DNA of 64,000 nucleotides from NCBI GenBank assembly GCA_951406725.2, contig OX597824.1, forward strand, positions 69,564,001-69,628,000, given 5' to 3'. The translations under genes were made by a program, and so were the position numbers. This stretch comes from Octopus vulgaris (taxonomy: Eukaryota). The stretch's first letter is position 1. The number at the start of each line of letters is the position of its first letter. The notes below the pieces were generated by a model. The model was not told the origin of the DNA and did no database searches. It saw nothing but the letters and a program-made list of their open reading frames with translations. This document shows positions 12,253-26,260 of this stretch, one piece after another.

Positions 12253-12525
12253 CACTCCGTCGGTTACGCCGACGAGGGTTCCGGTTGATCCGAATCAACG
12301 GAACAGCCTGCTCGTGAAATTAACGTGTAAGTGGCTGAGCACTCCACAGACACGTGTACCCTTAACGTAGTTTACAGCAGGGATCACCACCATCCCCTGC
12401 CGGAGCCGCGTGGAGCTTTAGGTGTTTTCGCTCAATAAACACTCACGATGCCCGGTCTGGGAATCGAAACCGCGATGCTATGACCGCGAGTCCGCTGCCC
12501 TAACCACTGGGCCATTGCGCCTCCA
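12253..12525 (-). mobile_element. tRNA-derived SINE with ..CGTAACCGACGGAGTGC tail (family C')
   Basis: Minus-strand head GGCGCAATGGCCCAGTGGTTAGG..GGTTTCGATTCCC with A/B boxes. Tail shared with 21135-21430 and 28868-29083. Confidence 0.8.
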
Positions 12526-12626
12526 CGTTTACTGGATTATTACTTGTTCCTGTACAAATATAACCAAGTGCGCCCATTATTATTGTTATAAATGTAACTC
12601 TATACTCTGGGTAGAGAAGACGAAGG

Positions 12627-12797
12627 CCCTAGCGTAGCTAGAGTGTGTGCCCCCCCGGGGCGGCTCTTTAATTTGCCGCCCCTGGACCTCCACAAAATAT
12701 ATATTGCCTCCAGCAGACCCAAGAGTGGTGGTACCGCCCCCAGAAAAGTGCTGCCCAGGGAGGTCTGCCCCTCCGCCCCGCTCTAGTTACGCTAGTG
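12627..12797. mobile_element. GC-rich MITE with terminal inverted repeats
   Basis: CCCTAGCGTAGCTAGAG ... CTCTAGTTACGCTAGTG termini with internal GCCCC motifs. Confidence 0.7.
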
Positions 12798-12918
12798 ACT
12801 GAAGAATTCGAAGCAGCTGTCCTTTTTCTCTTTGATTTTCGAAGAGATATTCATATCAACATATGCATCTGACCTCTACGGCTGTACATGCGTTTTCTTC
12901 TCTGTCCCAAACAGCTCT

Positions 12919-13260
12919 GTATGTATGTATGTATGTATGTATGTATGTATGTATGTATGTATGTATGTATGTATGTATGTATGTATGTATGTATGTATGT
13001 ATGTGTGTATGTGTGTATGTATGTATATTTGTATGTATGTATGTATGTATGTATGTATGTATGTATGTATGTGTGTGTGTGTATGTATGTATGTATGTAT
13101 GTATGTATGTATGTATATATGTGTGTATGTATGTATGTATGTATGTATGTATGTATGTGTGTATGTATGTATGTATGTATGTATGTATGTATGTATGTAT
13201 GTATGTGTGTGTGTATGTGTGTATGTGTGTATGTATGTATCTATGTATGTATGTATGTAT
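12919..13260. repeat. (TATG)n microsatellite
   Basis: Direct reading. Confidence 0.95.
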
Positions 13261-13486
13261 GAGCCACACGTGTGATTCACAGTTCGGTCATTTCGTACGT
13301 TACTCTTACCTAGCTAGGTATCTATATGTGAGTATATCTTCGTGTATGTGTGTGTGTGTGTGTGTATGTGTGCGTGTGTGTGTGTGTGTGGAGACAGATA
13401 GATCGAAAGATAAGTAGATAGAGTGACAGACAAAAAGACAAGCAAACAGACAAACAGATAAGCAAACAGACAGGTAGATAGAAAGT

Positions 13487-13766
<280 letters not shown>

Positions 13767-13837
13767 GAAAAAGGTACGTCATTCTTGTGTAGTTCCACAT
13801 TTATGAGGACATGAATAGTATTCGCAGACACACAATC

Positions 13838-13897
<60 letters not shown>

Positions 13898-14138
13898 TCC
13901 ATCTATCTATCAATCTATCAATCTATCTAAGCAATCTATGTAAGCCATCATTGCATTTTCATATAAATTACTTTATGTTCACTTAAACACTTCATAAAAC
14001 ATACTATTTCCCCACCCTGACCTCCCACCCTTCTGTTTATTTTATAGAATTTTGTACATGATTAGAAATTTTTGTTCGTAATTTGCCGCCCCATGAAAGA
14101 TAAAGTTCATGGTTAGCTGCAATGAATATTGAACTCAG

Positions 14139-14198
<60 letters not shown>

Positions 14199-14200
<2 letters not shown>

Positions 14201-14478
14201 TCTTTTACTCTTTTACTCTTTTGCTTCAGTCATTTGACTGCGGCCATGCTGGAGCACCACATTTGGTCGAACAAATGGACCCCAGGACTTATTCTTTGTA
14301 ATCCTAGTACTTATTCTATCGATTTCTTTGGTCAAACCGCTAAGTTACGAGGACGTAAACACACCAGCATCGGTTGTCATGCGATGGTGGTGGTGGTGGG
14401 GACAACTACAGACACACATACACATATATATATATACATATATGACTGGCTTCTTTCAGATATACATAATACCCGACT
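14199..14478 (-). mobile_element. SINE family B 3' part
   Basis: Paralog of 10689-10970. Confidence 0.85.
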
Positions 14479-14686
14479 TCCATTTTTTGTTATTTCTTTT
14501 TGATTTTTTAAAAAATCTTTGTCAGAGTCTCTATGCTAATTACAATTGGATCCCATATATGTAAAATAGTAAACGAACTTTAGGTTAATTAAAATATATT
14601 TGTGACGATTTAACTTCTAAGGACAAATTCACAGCGGTTATTGCGAAGAAATAATTCTCTCTTATGGTAAAATGTAAAAAGACGTA

Positions 14687-15095
14687 GGCGTAGGAGCGGC
14701 TGTGTGGTAAGTAACTTGCTTAGAAACCACATGGTTCCGGGTTCAGTCCCACTGCGTGGCAACTTGGGCAAGTGCCTTCTACTATAGCCTCGGGTCGACC
14801 AAAGACTTGTGAGTGGATTTCGTAGATGGAAACTGAAAGAAGCCCGACGTATATATGTATATATATGTATGTGTGTGTGTGTGTATGTTTGTGTGTCTGT
14901 GTTTGTCCACCCTATATCGCTTGGCAACCGATACTGATGTGTTTTCGTTCCCGTAACTTAGCGGTTCGGCAAAAGAGACCGATAGAATAAGTACTAGGCT
15001 TACAAAAAACAAGTCCTAGGGTCGATTTGCACGACTAAAGGCAGTGCTCCAGCATGGCCACAGTCAAATGACTGAAACAAATAAAATAGTAAAAG
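14687..15095 (+). mobile_element. Full-length SINE family B (tRNA-like head, CORE-like CTTGGGCAAGTG, internal TA/TG microsatellite)
   Basis: GGCGTAGGAGCGGCTGTGTGGTAAG..GGTTCAGTCCC..GACTGAAACAA. Confidence 0.9.
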
Positions 15096-18000
15096 AGACA
15101 CCACATCTATCCGGTGCTTCCTTTTGCCGGATGCCTAGACGCGCGCCTCTGACTCTTTAGCTTTCCACGGCAGATTCAAAGCCGCAGCTTTAACTAAAAA
15201 AAAAAACAGTCAAGAGTAGAGACTGGGCTACGCTAATGGACAACCTGGTCGGAATAAAAATAGCAGCTTCAGTGCCAAGTAGGGGCGAGGAATAAATGAA
15301 TTTTAGGTTTACTAAAAGGTTTGTGACATGTTTTAACTTCTCAGTTGCCGTGGAGAAAAAAAATCTCTCTTAGGGCAAAAGGTGTAAAAACACCATGTCT
15401 GCCCAGTGTTTCTCTCTAGCGGAAAACAGTCAGTTGAAAAGTATTCTATCAGCTGATATTATTATCAGCCATCAAATTAGACAAAAGCCTCGTAACATTC
15501 TGGGGTATTTTTTTTAGTAAAACATCAGCAGTAGATTAAACGGAAATTATTTTATCGACTCCCGAAAAGGGTAAGATTGAAACTGAATCCCGAGACCGGA
15601 TTCCGACTTTATATGAAGTCAGCCGTAAAAGAACGAAATATTGATATTGCACTGCATTTTGTTCGACGCACAACTTATATATTGCAGCTCTACATTGCGA
15701 ACAACAACAACTGTACCAAAATGAGTAAAAACAAAAACAGCAGTGTTAATACTTTCTGCCATAGGCACAAGGCCTGAAAAGGGGTGAAAAAAGGGGTTAG
15801 TTGACTTCAACGAACCTAATGTTCAAATGGTGATTATTTTATCGTTCCCGTAAGGATGAAAGGCAAAGCCAAAATCGGCTGCATTTCAATTCAGAACATA
15901 AAACAGAAAGAAATGTTTCTAAATTTGCTGGAAATCAGAACTTCCCACTCCATTTTTAGTTTCCTTTCCAAGCAAAACTTGAAAAACTTGATAAGGGCAC
16001 TAAGTATGGTATGTGTCTTCATCCATTCCAATCTGGTTCACCACGCAACACCCTCTGTTACTAAAGCCACTAGAGAGAAAAATACTGCTTCCACTTACTC
16101 ATCAAAACAAGATGGCAGCACGATATTAATGAAAGACTCAGCTGATATCTGGATCTGGCCATGTTCAGCCACTGGACGAGTGCGTGCAGAACGGTTTCAT
16201 CACTCTGTGCGTATTCCATGTAAGCCCAGCTGGCGGCACTTCTTTACCTGTAGATTATATCTCGAACTAGCAATGCTTCCCAATTGCATCGACACGCCAA
16301 GTATTTCTGGAAATTTTACATGGGCTCCAGCCGGAATGTCTTCTGGAACAGACCAAACAGGCGGTTTTCGTAGATGCGCCGAGTTTTCCCGGGAATGTCA
16401 TCACTTTTACCAGTCATTAAACATCTAGAGAACGCCAATGTGGAACCTTCACTGCTGTATTGCCGATTGATAGAGTTCTGTCAGTGATCGGTGACACTTC
16501 AGCTACCAAACTGTCTTTGCTTGATCAAGGACTACACCTCTGTCCAAGAGAAGAGCTGTGGAAAAACAGGTCTGTAAAACGGTGACCGCGCCTGTTCACA
16601 GCTGTTCACGCCAAATGCCACCAACTTACCTTCTAAGATCAAGAAATGGACTGTATTACGAGATTCAGGACTTTCAGAAACGACACAGAAACTCCACCTT
16701 CTGATTCCTGTTCACTTGAAAATAAATAAATCTCGTCGCCACCGAAGGTGAGCGTGAAGATTTGTGGTTCGGAAATACTGCTCTACTGTAGGCCCTCGTA
16801 TTTATCTCTGGTGGCCTAAAGTCGTTGTGAGATGGTCCTGCTTCTAAAGTTTTCGCAGACCATCTACATTTACGCTGCCTAATTTAAGTAAGGCCATATT
16901 AAATAGAAGGGAATTGTTGAAGGACAAATGTTCCGTCCCACCGTCTATTTATGGATGTTTCTACGTGAAATTATTTATATAGTCTTTTGTTAATATTTCC
17001 TCAGAAGTCTGCTATCCCATCGGGACATATTTTCTTAAAAAGTCTCATGTGTTTTGCGCTTTGACGATTCTATGTGCACTAGTATGATACTCGTTGATGT
17101 GACGAAGTCGTTTCCCGAGATGTTTGTGTGTTGTGAATGAGTTTCATTAACACTTTGTGGATTGTATCTTCGGGTGTTTATGGAGGTGCTTTGCAGGTGT
17201 TGCTCTGATTTGATCAGGTTATGTATCTAGTGGAATTTCGGATGGTGATCTTGCTCACGGTGGTAACGATGGAGTTTGTTCTGGTGTTACACTCTCCACA
17301 ATACTTCAAATCTCCCAGCTTTTTGTGAGATCAGATTCATTTTGTCCTCTTTTCTTTTGCTTGCATTCTTTCCGGGACAGTTCTCCATTTATTATCTTTG
17401 TCACCCTCTGGAATAGATAATGGTATGTCTTGTGTTGTTACTCTGTGGTTAGAGAATTCTGTTGCTGATCTTAGCACTTTTATTTTGTTATTGTTATTAT
17501 TATTGTTATTTTGTTATTATTGTTATTGTTGTTATGGCGAAGATCTGTTGTTTTCGTTAGTGCTTCAGCTTTGCGTTACAGCTGCATGCTGTTGTTGGTA
17601 TTGTACCTGCTGTTATATTTGTGATATCGGAAGCACCAGAGGTTTTCATGCATTCGCATTATTTTACGGCTAGAATGCATTCAGGTCGATCGTATCGCTA
17701 AATATATGACCTGTGAGTCTTCTGCCCTTTGCCATGACATGTGTTCTGCTCCATATAACATTTCAATTAAATGTGGAAAATTTTCCAGCTGTTCTAGTTT
17801 CAACCACAATACGACCGCTAGTTCTATTCCGGACCCCATCTACAATCTATACTTACCCCCAGGGGAATGTCTCTTCTCTCCCAAACGATACTTGCTACAC
17901 ACTTCATTTCTAGTGTTCATTTCTAGTGGTACACCAGATACTTTCACCATCACAACACATATTCCAAACTAAGCGGAGAAAGGGGGAAATTCCACAGTTC

Positions 18001-18168
18001 TAAAGATGGAAACGGAAACTTTAAACTCAAAGACATCGTTGAACAATTTCACTTTAACGGCACCGATTTGATGAGCCTTAATTATGAATTTTACATCCAC
18101 CCTTGTTACACATAAACATCTTTTCACCTATGGGTAATGTTTTAGTGACAAACCCAACTGCAAAGTGA

Positions 18169-18248
<80 letters not shown>

Positions 18249-18252
18249 CTGA

Positions 18253-18586
18253 AACCCCCTTCAGTCATGACTGACCATGGGATTGCACCTAAATAAGTTA
18301 CCTTCGGGAGTCACAAGTCCGGGCAAGGTTGTTTATGGAAGACCAGCAGTCGCCAAGAATACGGCCTCCCCTCTCCATGCCACCAGTGTTATCTGAAGAA
18401 AAGGCAAAGGTCAAGGACAGCTTGGCACTTGTGACGTCGCAACTCATTTCTACAGTTGAGTGAACTGGAGCAACGTGAAATAAAGTGTCTTGCATCAACA
18501 GAACACTAACACGCAGCCCGGCCGGGATTCGAACTCGCAACCTCGCGATCATAAGCTCGACGCTCTAACCACTGAGCCGTGCGCCT
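18253..18586 (-). mobile_element. SINE family C (tRNA head, CORE-like domain, ..CATGACCGAAGGGGG tail)
   Basis: Minus strand GGCTCAGTGGTTAGAGCG..GAGTTCGAATCCC..AGACACTTTATTTCACGTTGCTCCAG. Confidence 0.9.
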
Positions 18587-18694
18587 ACGAACACAAACAC
18601 AGACGTAACACACACACACATGCATATACATTATATATATACATAACATATTTACATATATATATATAACGATATATATAGCATATATATATAC

Positions 18695-18764
<70 letters not shown>

Positions 18765-18793
18765 TATATACATAATATATATACATATACATG

Positions 18794-18826
<33 letters not shown>

Positions 18827-18860
18827 TGATTTATATATATATATTTACATATATATATAT

Positions 18861-18903
<43 letters not shown>

Positions 18904-18924
18904 ATATGTGAGTGTATATAAACG

Positions 18925-19621
18925 TTAAATAAGGGTAGAAATTGATATTAATCAATTAAAACCAATGGCCTAGCATATTATTTAAAAAATCCGAAGATTA
19001 AGAATTTTATACATACAAAATTTAGAGGAATGACCACTAATAGTGGACAGCCTGTATGCTAGATATAGACGTCAAACTCGCCATTTACCACGAAGAATGT
19101 GTTCTCAAAAAAAAAAATCAGCAAAAACCAAAGTTTAAAAATAAGACAAATGAAAATATACGGAAATAAAAAAAAACCATTACCTACGTACTAATTACTT
19201 TCACTTGTTAATATTTACGTATATGGATACGTAAAACATCTGCAAGATCATCAGCGTAGTCTGCGGGTTTACGAAATACAATTTCCAGAACTAGATACAG
19301 GGCGCTCGACCGAAATCCAGCATGCACAAAGCTCTACAAATTATATTTATGTGTATCCCTCAAATGCCTTCACCTTGGCGCTGAAAGCGGAAATTACTCT
19401 GCAGTTAAGAAACCCACAGCAGTTAATTTACCGGCTAGAGAACATTTTTATATTTAAAAATTGAATAAGGGCAGAAATTGATATTAATCAGCTTTATGCA
19501 TGCTGGATTTCGGTCGAGCGCCCTGTATCTAGCTCTGAAAATTGTATTTCGTAAACCCGCAGACTACGCTGATGATCTTGCAGATGTTTTACGTATCCAT
19601 ATACGTAAATATTAACAAGTG
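18925..19621. mobile_element. PLE terminal-repeat-like element with direct and inverted partial repeats
   Basis: Direct repeat AATAAGGG(T/C)AGAAATTGATATTAATCA at about 18928 and 19465. Inverted arms 19202-19333 / 19490-19621. HHR inside. Confidence 0.75.
19184..19259 (-). ncRNA. Type I hammerhead ribozyme with extended stem II
   Basis: CUACG-CUGAUGA-U-CUUG-(35 nt including the hairpin UUUACGUAU/AUACGUAAA)-CAAG-U-GAAA-GUAAUUAG-UA^CGUAG. Stem III is one change from the palindrome CUAAUUAG. Confidence 0.7.
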
Positions 19622-19627
19622 TATACA

Positions 19628-19935
19628 CTGAGCTCAAATTCCGCCGCGGTCGACTTTGCCTTTCATCCTTTCAGTGTCGCTAAATTTAGTACCAGTTACG
19701 CACTGGGTCGATGTAATCGACTTAATCCGTTTGTCTGTCCATGTTTGTCCCCTCTGTGTTTAGCCCCTTGTGGGTAGTAAACAAATAGGTATTTCGTCTG
19801 TCTTTACGTTCTGAGTTCAAATTCCGCCGAGGTCGACTTTGCCTTTCATCCTTTAGAGGGCGATTAAATAAGTATCAGTTACGCACTGGGGTCGATGTAA
19901 TCGACTTAATCCCTTTGTCTGTCCTTGTTTGTCCT
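19628..19935 (+). mobile_element. Tandem SINE family A (2 partial units)
   Basis: Family A motifs. Confidence 0.85.
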
Positions 19936-19973
19936 GTGAGTGTATATGTATATATGTCTGTATATATATATAC

Positions 19974-20017
<44 letters not shown>

Positions 20018-20102
20018 TTATAAATACATATAGATGTATGTATGTATGTATGTATGTATGTATGTATGAATGAATTAAAGTACAAATGCGTGTGTGTATG
20101 TA

Positions 20103-20550
20103 TGTGCTACTGGTAACATGTAACCCAGTACAACCTGTTGCCTGGTCGGGTCGTCGGCGACTAAACCGGCAACCCCACCAAGCTTGCTTGGTGAGGAGGG
20201 TGTTTATTGGACACCCTGCGGGATGAAAAACAAAACCCGTCAAAGGGCGGAGGAACTCTTGAGTGTCAACGGCCATCCAATAAATGTCTTAAGGCTGTAC
20301 CATGCGCGGGGACATAGAAATAATCGGACTGAATACCCGATCGCGCGGTTAAACCATTCGGAGTGAAGGACTCCTAGCCTTTGTTAGGGCATCCTTCCAG
20401 GAGAAGGTAACTCAGGTAACTAGGATAACTCCGACATAAAACCTACGGCTCAGTGGTTACCGATGATGTTGACTTGTTCTTCTTTTCGGATTATGGCTGC
20501 TGTTGCTTAGTGAGTGGGATTGACTCAATGCACAGCCTTTCCTCACTTTA
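20103..20550 (+). mobile_element. Structured GC-rich insert, possibly a LINE (RTE-like) 5' UTR-derived element
   Basis: Hairpins such as CACCAAGC/GCTTGGTG and AGGGTGT/ACACCCT. A-rich end, flanked by (TATG)n tracts. Confidence 0.4.
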
Positions 20551-20903
20551 AAAAAAAAATCTTCTTGCACAGGCATTGCACGATAACAACATTGATTAAG
20601 CTTCGTGCAATGGCCATACCCGATAACGAGTGGACAGCCACCATGTATGTATGTATGTATGTATGTATGTATGTATGTATGTATGTATGTATGTATGTAT
20701 GTATGTATGTATGTATGTATGTATACACACACACACACACATACACATACATTGAATGTTTCTTCGCTCTCTATCACCAGTAGTATTTTTTAAGCATCAG
20801 ATATCTGAATTGACATAGACACGTACAAGCACACACACACACACACACACACACACTCATACATACATACATACATACATACATACATACATACATACAT
20901 ACA

Positions 20904-20934
<31 letters not shown>

Positions 20935-21134
20935 CATACATATCATACATACATACACACACAAATCTCAGAACACTTGGAGATATGGGTCCTGAGTGCG
21001 AGCATTAGCAAAAAACTTTTAAAATTTAAACTCATAGCTTTATGTGAAACCGTTAAACCAGTACATTTTTTTCTCTCCGTTATTTCCCCTCTCTCCATAT
21101 TTCATTTATTCATTCCTTTCTGTCGAAGATAAGG

Positions 21135-21430
21135 CACATCCGTCGGTTACGACGACGATGAGGGCTCCTGTTGATCCGATCAATGGAACAGCCTTCTCAT
21201 TACTTTAACGTGCATGTAAATGAGCACTCCACAAGCACGTGTACCCTTAACGTAGCACTCATGGATATTCAGCGTGATACAAAGTGTGACAAAGCTGACC
21301 TTTTGAAATATAGGTACAGCTCATTTTTGCCAGCTGAGTGGACGAGAGCAACGTGAAATAAAGTGTCTTGTTCAAGGATATACTGCGTCGCCCGGAATCG
21401 AACTCACGACCATTAAGTCACACGCCTTCG
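21135..21430 (-). mobile_element. SINE family C' with 11-bp TSD
   Basis: TCTGTCGAAGA (21119-21129) and TCTGTTGAAGA (21432-21442) flank the SINE. Confidence 0.75.
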
Positions 21431-22612
21431 CTCTGTTGAAGAGCAGAGGCACAATATATCACATTCACTTCCATTTTTCCTGAGCATCAAACTAATATAT
21501 CTTCTTTATAGTTACCTCACCTATTTATGCCTTTTTCTTTTTTTGTACAAATTGGAACAATCTGGAACCATATATATATAGAGAGTGAGAGTGAGAGAGG
21601 GAGGTAGAGAGAGAGGGGGAGAGACAGACAGACAGAGACAGAGAGACATACTGACAGACAGACAGACAGACAGAGATGGTAAAGAAAAAGCAGATGCGCT
21701 AAGTTAGCGATCAAAATTATTTATTTGAGGCTCAAAGAAAAGAGCTAATTTTAGTGATATTTCGGGCATTCGTCCCTCTTAGGAATTGGAAGATGTACAT
21801 ATACACACACACACACACATACACACACACACACACCTTCATACATGCATCCATCCCTCCATCCAACCATCCATCTATCCATCCATACATACATACATAC
21901 ATACAAGTGTGTGTGTGTGCTCATATATGCATTCACCCCCCACCCCCCGCCCACACACACATATATATAAAGAGAGAGAAAGAGACAAACAGACAGACAG
22001 AAAGAAAGAGAGAGAGTGGAGATAGTGAGGTCGCATAATGAATAACAAAGATTTGAACCCGAATCATACCAGCAACAACGACATCTATTAGCAATGTCAG
22101 CTCGCTAACTAGCTTTATAGCACACACAAACACACACACACACACACGGACATACACGGACACACACACACACACGGACACACGCACGCACGCAGGCGCA
22201 CACACACACACACACATACACAAACATATAGACACACATCCACAAACATGTAAGACATCTCTGCTCTTTAAGGACCATAGACTCGGCCAAAAGCGTCCAT
22301 TTTTTTTTCTACGCTGATTATATTATATATACTTGAGATCAAAGGTAGACGTAGTTTGTAAAAAGGAAACAAGAAACTATAACCACCACCACCACCACTA
22401 CTAAAACCACCACCACCACCACCACCTATAACAACAACAACAACAACACTAACTACGTAAACAACAAGGACAGCAAAAAAATCAAGAGCAATAACAGCAA
22501 AAACAACCAGTAAAAAATAGATAAAAAATATCAACGTCGAAATACAAGAATACCTCAGTCTCTTATGTGTTATACTTGCCATACACCTCAATCCACAGCA
22601 ACAACAACAACG

Positions 22613-22685
<73 letters not shown>

Positions 22686-22971
22686 AAATAATAATGAAAA
22701 TAATAATAATAATAATAATAATAGTAATGATAACAAGAACAACAAATACGACTAATACAACAACAACGACAACAACAACAACAACAACAACAACAACGGC
22801 TATAATCTTTGTGACAATAACAACAAAGGGAAGTAATAGAAAGAAGGTATGTCATAAAAGGAATTGATAGCGAAGTAAAGGGTAAGTGGAGTGTTGGGAA
22901 CGAGGTAGAAAAAGGGAGAAAAAGTACATAAAATATGGAGACATAAAATATGGATAGATAAATAGAGGTAT

Positions 22972-23052
<81 letters not shown>

Positions 23053-23136
23053 ATGTTGTATGTATATGTATATTTATGAAAGCCTGAATGTGAATATATA
23101 TATACACATATATACATATATATATACATATATATG

Positions 23137-23203
<67 letters not shown>

Positions 23204-23411
23204 ATGTAATATAATTTTACATGAATATGTGTATTACGCGTATACGTATGAATTATATATGTTTATATTTATCAACCTGTCTGTCTGTCTGTGTGTCTGG
23301 CTTTATGCATTCATTTAGCTATGTTAATACAGGTTTTTCAAGTAAATATGCGCGTATACACACATACGCACATGCACACACACACATACATACATACATA
23401 CATAGACATAT

Positions 23412-23485
<74 letters not shown>

Positions 23486-24013
23486 ATATACATACGCACA
23501 CATGTATATATAGGTGTATGTGTATATATGTATGTGTGTGTGTAAGCATGTATATATAATTGTGGAAACTGTGGAAGAAAGAGACTGTTAGAGAGAGAGA
23601 GAGAGAGAGAGAAATGAGATAAATGGATAGACCGATAAGAATAAAGAGGGGAGGGGAGTAAAGATAAAGAAAGTGATAGCAATAGAGAACGAAGAAGTAA
23701 AAAGAAGGAAAAAATATATGGCATAAAACAAAAAAAAATAATAATAATAATAAAACATTGAAAGAAAGTAAGAAAGAAAAATGATCTAATAAAAATGATA
23801 TAGAAAGAAAGGAAGAAAGAATAATCGATTAATATATAAACCGTTGATAATAAAATATAAGAAAGGTTGTAAAAAAAAAATAAATACTTGCAAAAAAAGT
23901 ACGATATGAAAGAAAGTAGGTAGAACGAAAAAAAAGAATCATGAGAAGAACGAAAGAAGGAATTACAGATAGGAAGAAAGAAATACAGAAAGGTAACGGA
24001 ATGACAGATACAA

Positions 24014-24423
<410 letters not shown>

Positions 24424-25389
24424 ACTGGAGAGTGTCAGAAAGTAAGGGAGGTAAACGAGACATGATAGTAGTTAATAGTTGTTCGTTATCGTTAGCGGTG
24501 GAGACTAGCGTTTTAGATTGGTACTGATTATAGGGTGTTTTGCGATGGTTGCTTTCTTTGGTTCAAGCAGCGAAGCAGTTAGCTGAGAACGAGTGGAAGA
24601 GAGTGATTTTATTTGTGTGTATATTTGCTTTTAGCCATATATTCTTTCATTGGTCTCAGTCATTGGACTGCGGCGGCCATATTGGGGATCCGCCATCTAG
24701 CCAATTATATCGGACACCCCAGTAGTACGCTTAATCTGGTATGCATCGTTTTGTTGTTGTTGTTGTTGTTGTTGTTTTTCAGTTTATATAATTTATCTCC
24801 TTTTATTATTCTTTTCCGTTTTCTAATTCTTTTTTTCCGTTTTTTTTTTGTTTTTTGTTGTTTTTTTGGTTTTTTTTTTTTGCTATTTCTGATTTGCAAA
24901 TGGCTAAGTTTCAGCAATGTTACTTTCCTTTTTAGAAGTGGCTTCCACATCTACGGACATAAATGCTACAATATATTTACACCGGTAAACTGAGACCCAG
25001 CCACTTCTCATATGCGTGGAGGAGTGTGTTTGAGTATGCAGGGAGTGGTGGGTATAGGGCTGCTCCACGTTACGGAAGTCTTTTGTTCCTCCATATTTTA
25101 CCAAAATGTTAGAATTCTTCTACTTCAAAGGTATTTTTCCATTGACTTGTGCGCTCATTAATTTCCTCATAACATGAAAGTGATTGGGGAAAACAGACTT
25201 CACGTTAAGAAATTCGAGGCTAAAGCAAGATTCCCCAGAACGTAACGCTTCCATAACGCGGAAAGTACTTGTGTGCTTGCATGTCTATATATATGTATGT
25301 AATTTTTATGATTGTATGTATGTATATATTCATATACATACATGTATATTTTCATATTCTATCTATCTCTCCTTCTCCCTCTCTTTCTC

Positions 25390-25451
<62 letters not shown>

Positions 25452-25577
25452 TCATACATGGTACTCGCACAAGCACACATACATACACATACATGTATAC
25501 GTACATACATACATACATACATACATACATACATACATACATACATACATACATACATACATACATACATACATACA

Positions 25578-26260
25578 TAGAATACATGCAAAGTCTCTAC
25601 CGGAACGTATCATCAGATGAAAGAGCCTTTATGAGCAGAAGACTATGCATGGATATGTTAGTAGGGAGTTCCGAGATGATAGTAACATCGATCATCAAAG
25701 CAGATTATCATGGACCAATAACCGGATTACTACCTCCCACTTTGAAGGGTATGCGTTTGCAATCCAGGAACAGGAAATATCAACCAAGTACCTGATGTAC
25801 AGAAGTGATCGAGATGCAGGAAAAGCAGCAAAATATGAAAATCGATGCAGACGTTGTGGAGTTAACAACGAAGATATCATCCACATCATAAACAGTTGTC
25901 CGAAAATGTCATCCTGATATTATCTATATTATCTACCAATGAGAATTGATATTGTAGCAAGGACACTCAATAATGAAATCCGTCGGAAGGATAATCCTGA
26001 AAACAAAGAAATAAGAACTCACAGTATGGTAGAAGTCATAGCTACTCATAATAAAAAGGAGTACTGGTGAAATGTCCAAGTGAAGACCTCATTAAATGTA
26101 AGCACAACAGACCTGATATAATGATTTGGGATAAGGAAGAAAAAGTGTGCGCAGTCGCGAAAATGAGCTGCCCAGCGGATGTTAACATAAAGCTGAAGAT
26201 CAGTGAAAAAGAGAACACCTATGCTGAACTATTAAGAAACCTACAGTTATTCTATCCAGG
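25578..26260 (+). pseudogene. 5'-truncated non-LTR retrotransposon, R4/Dong-like C-terminus (CCHC knuckle plus restriction-like endonuclease)
   Basis: EGYAFAIQEQEISTK..CRRCGVNNEDIIHIINSCP (CCHC), then HNRPDIMIWDKEEK..SCPADVNIKLKISEKENTY (PD..D..K). Stops and frameshifts are present. Confidence 0.85.

Noticed and set aside
12798-12830. CUGAAGA-AUUC-GAAG-CAGCUG-UC hammerhead-like string next to a MITE
   Set aside because: No stem II, GAAG instead of GAAA, and stem I cannot be formed convincingly.
14687-14760. tRNA-like A/B-box sequences at SINE heads (many copies)
   Set aside because: They continue into SINE bodies and lack a full cloverleaf, so they are not tRNA genes.
25585-25622. Minus-strand CUGAUGA-UAC..GUA-GAGAC
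   Set aside because: GAGA instead of GAAA, no valid stem III/UH, and it lies antisense within R4/Dong coding sequence.
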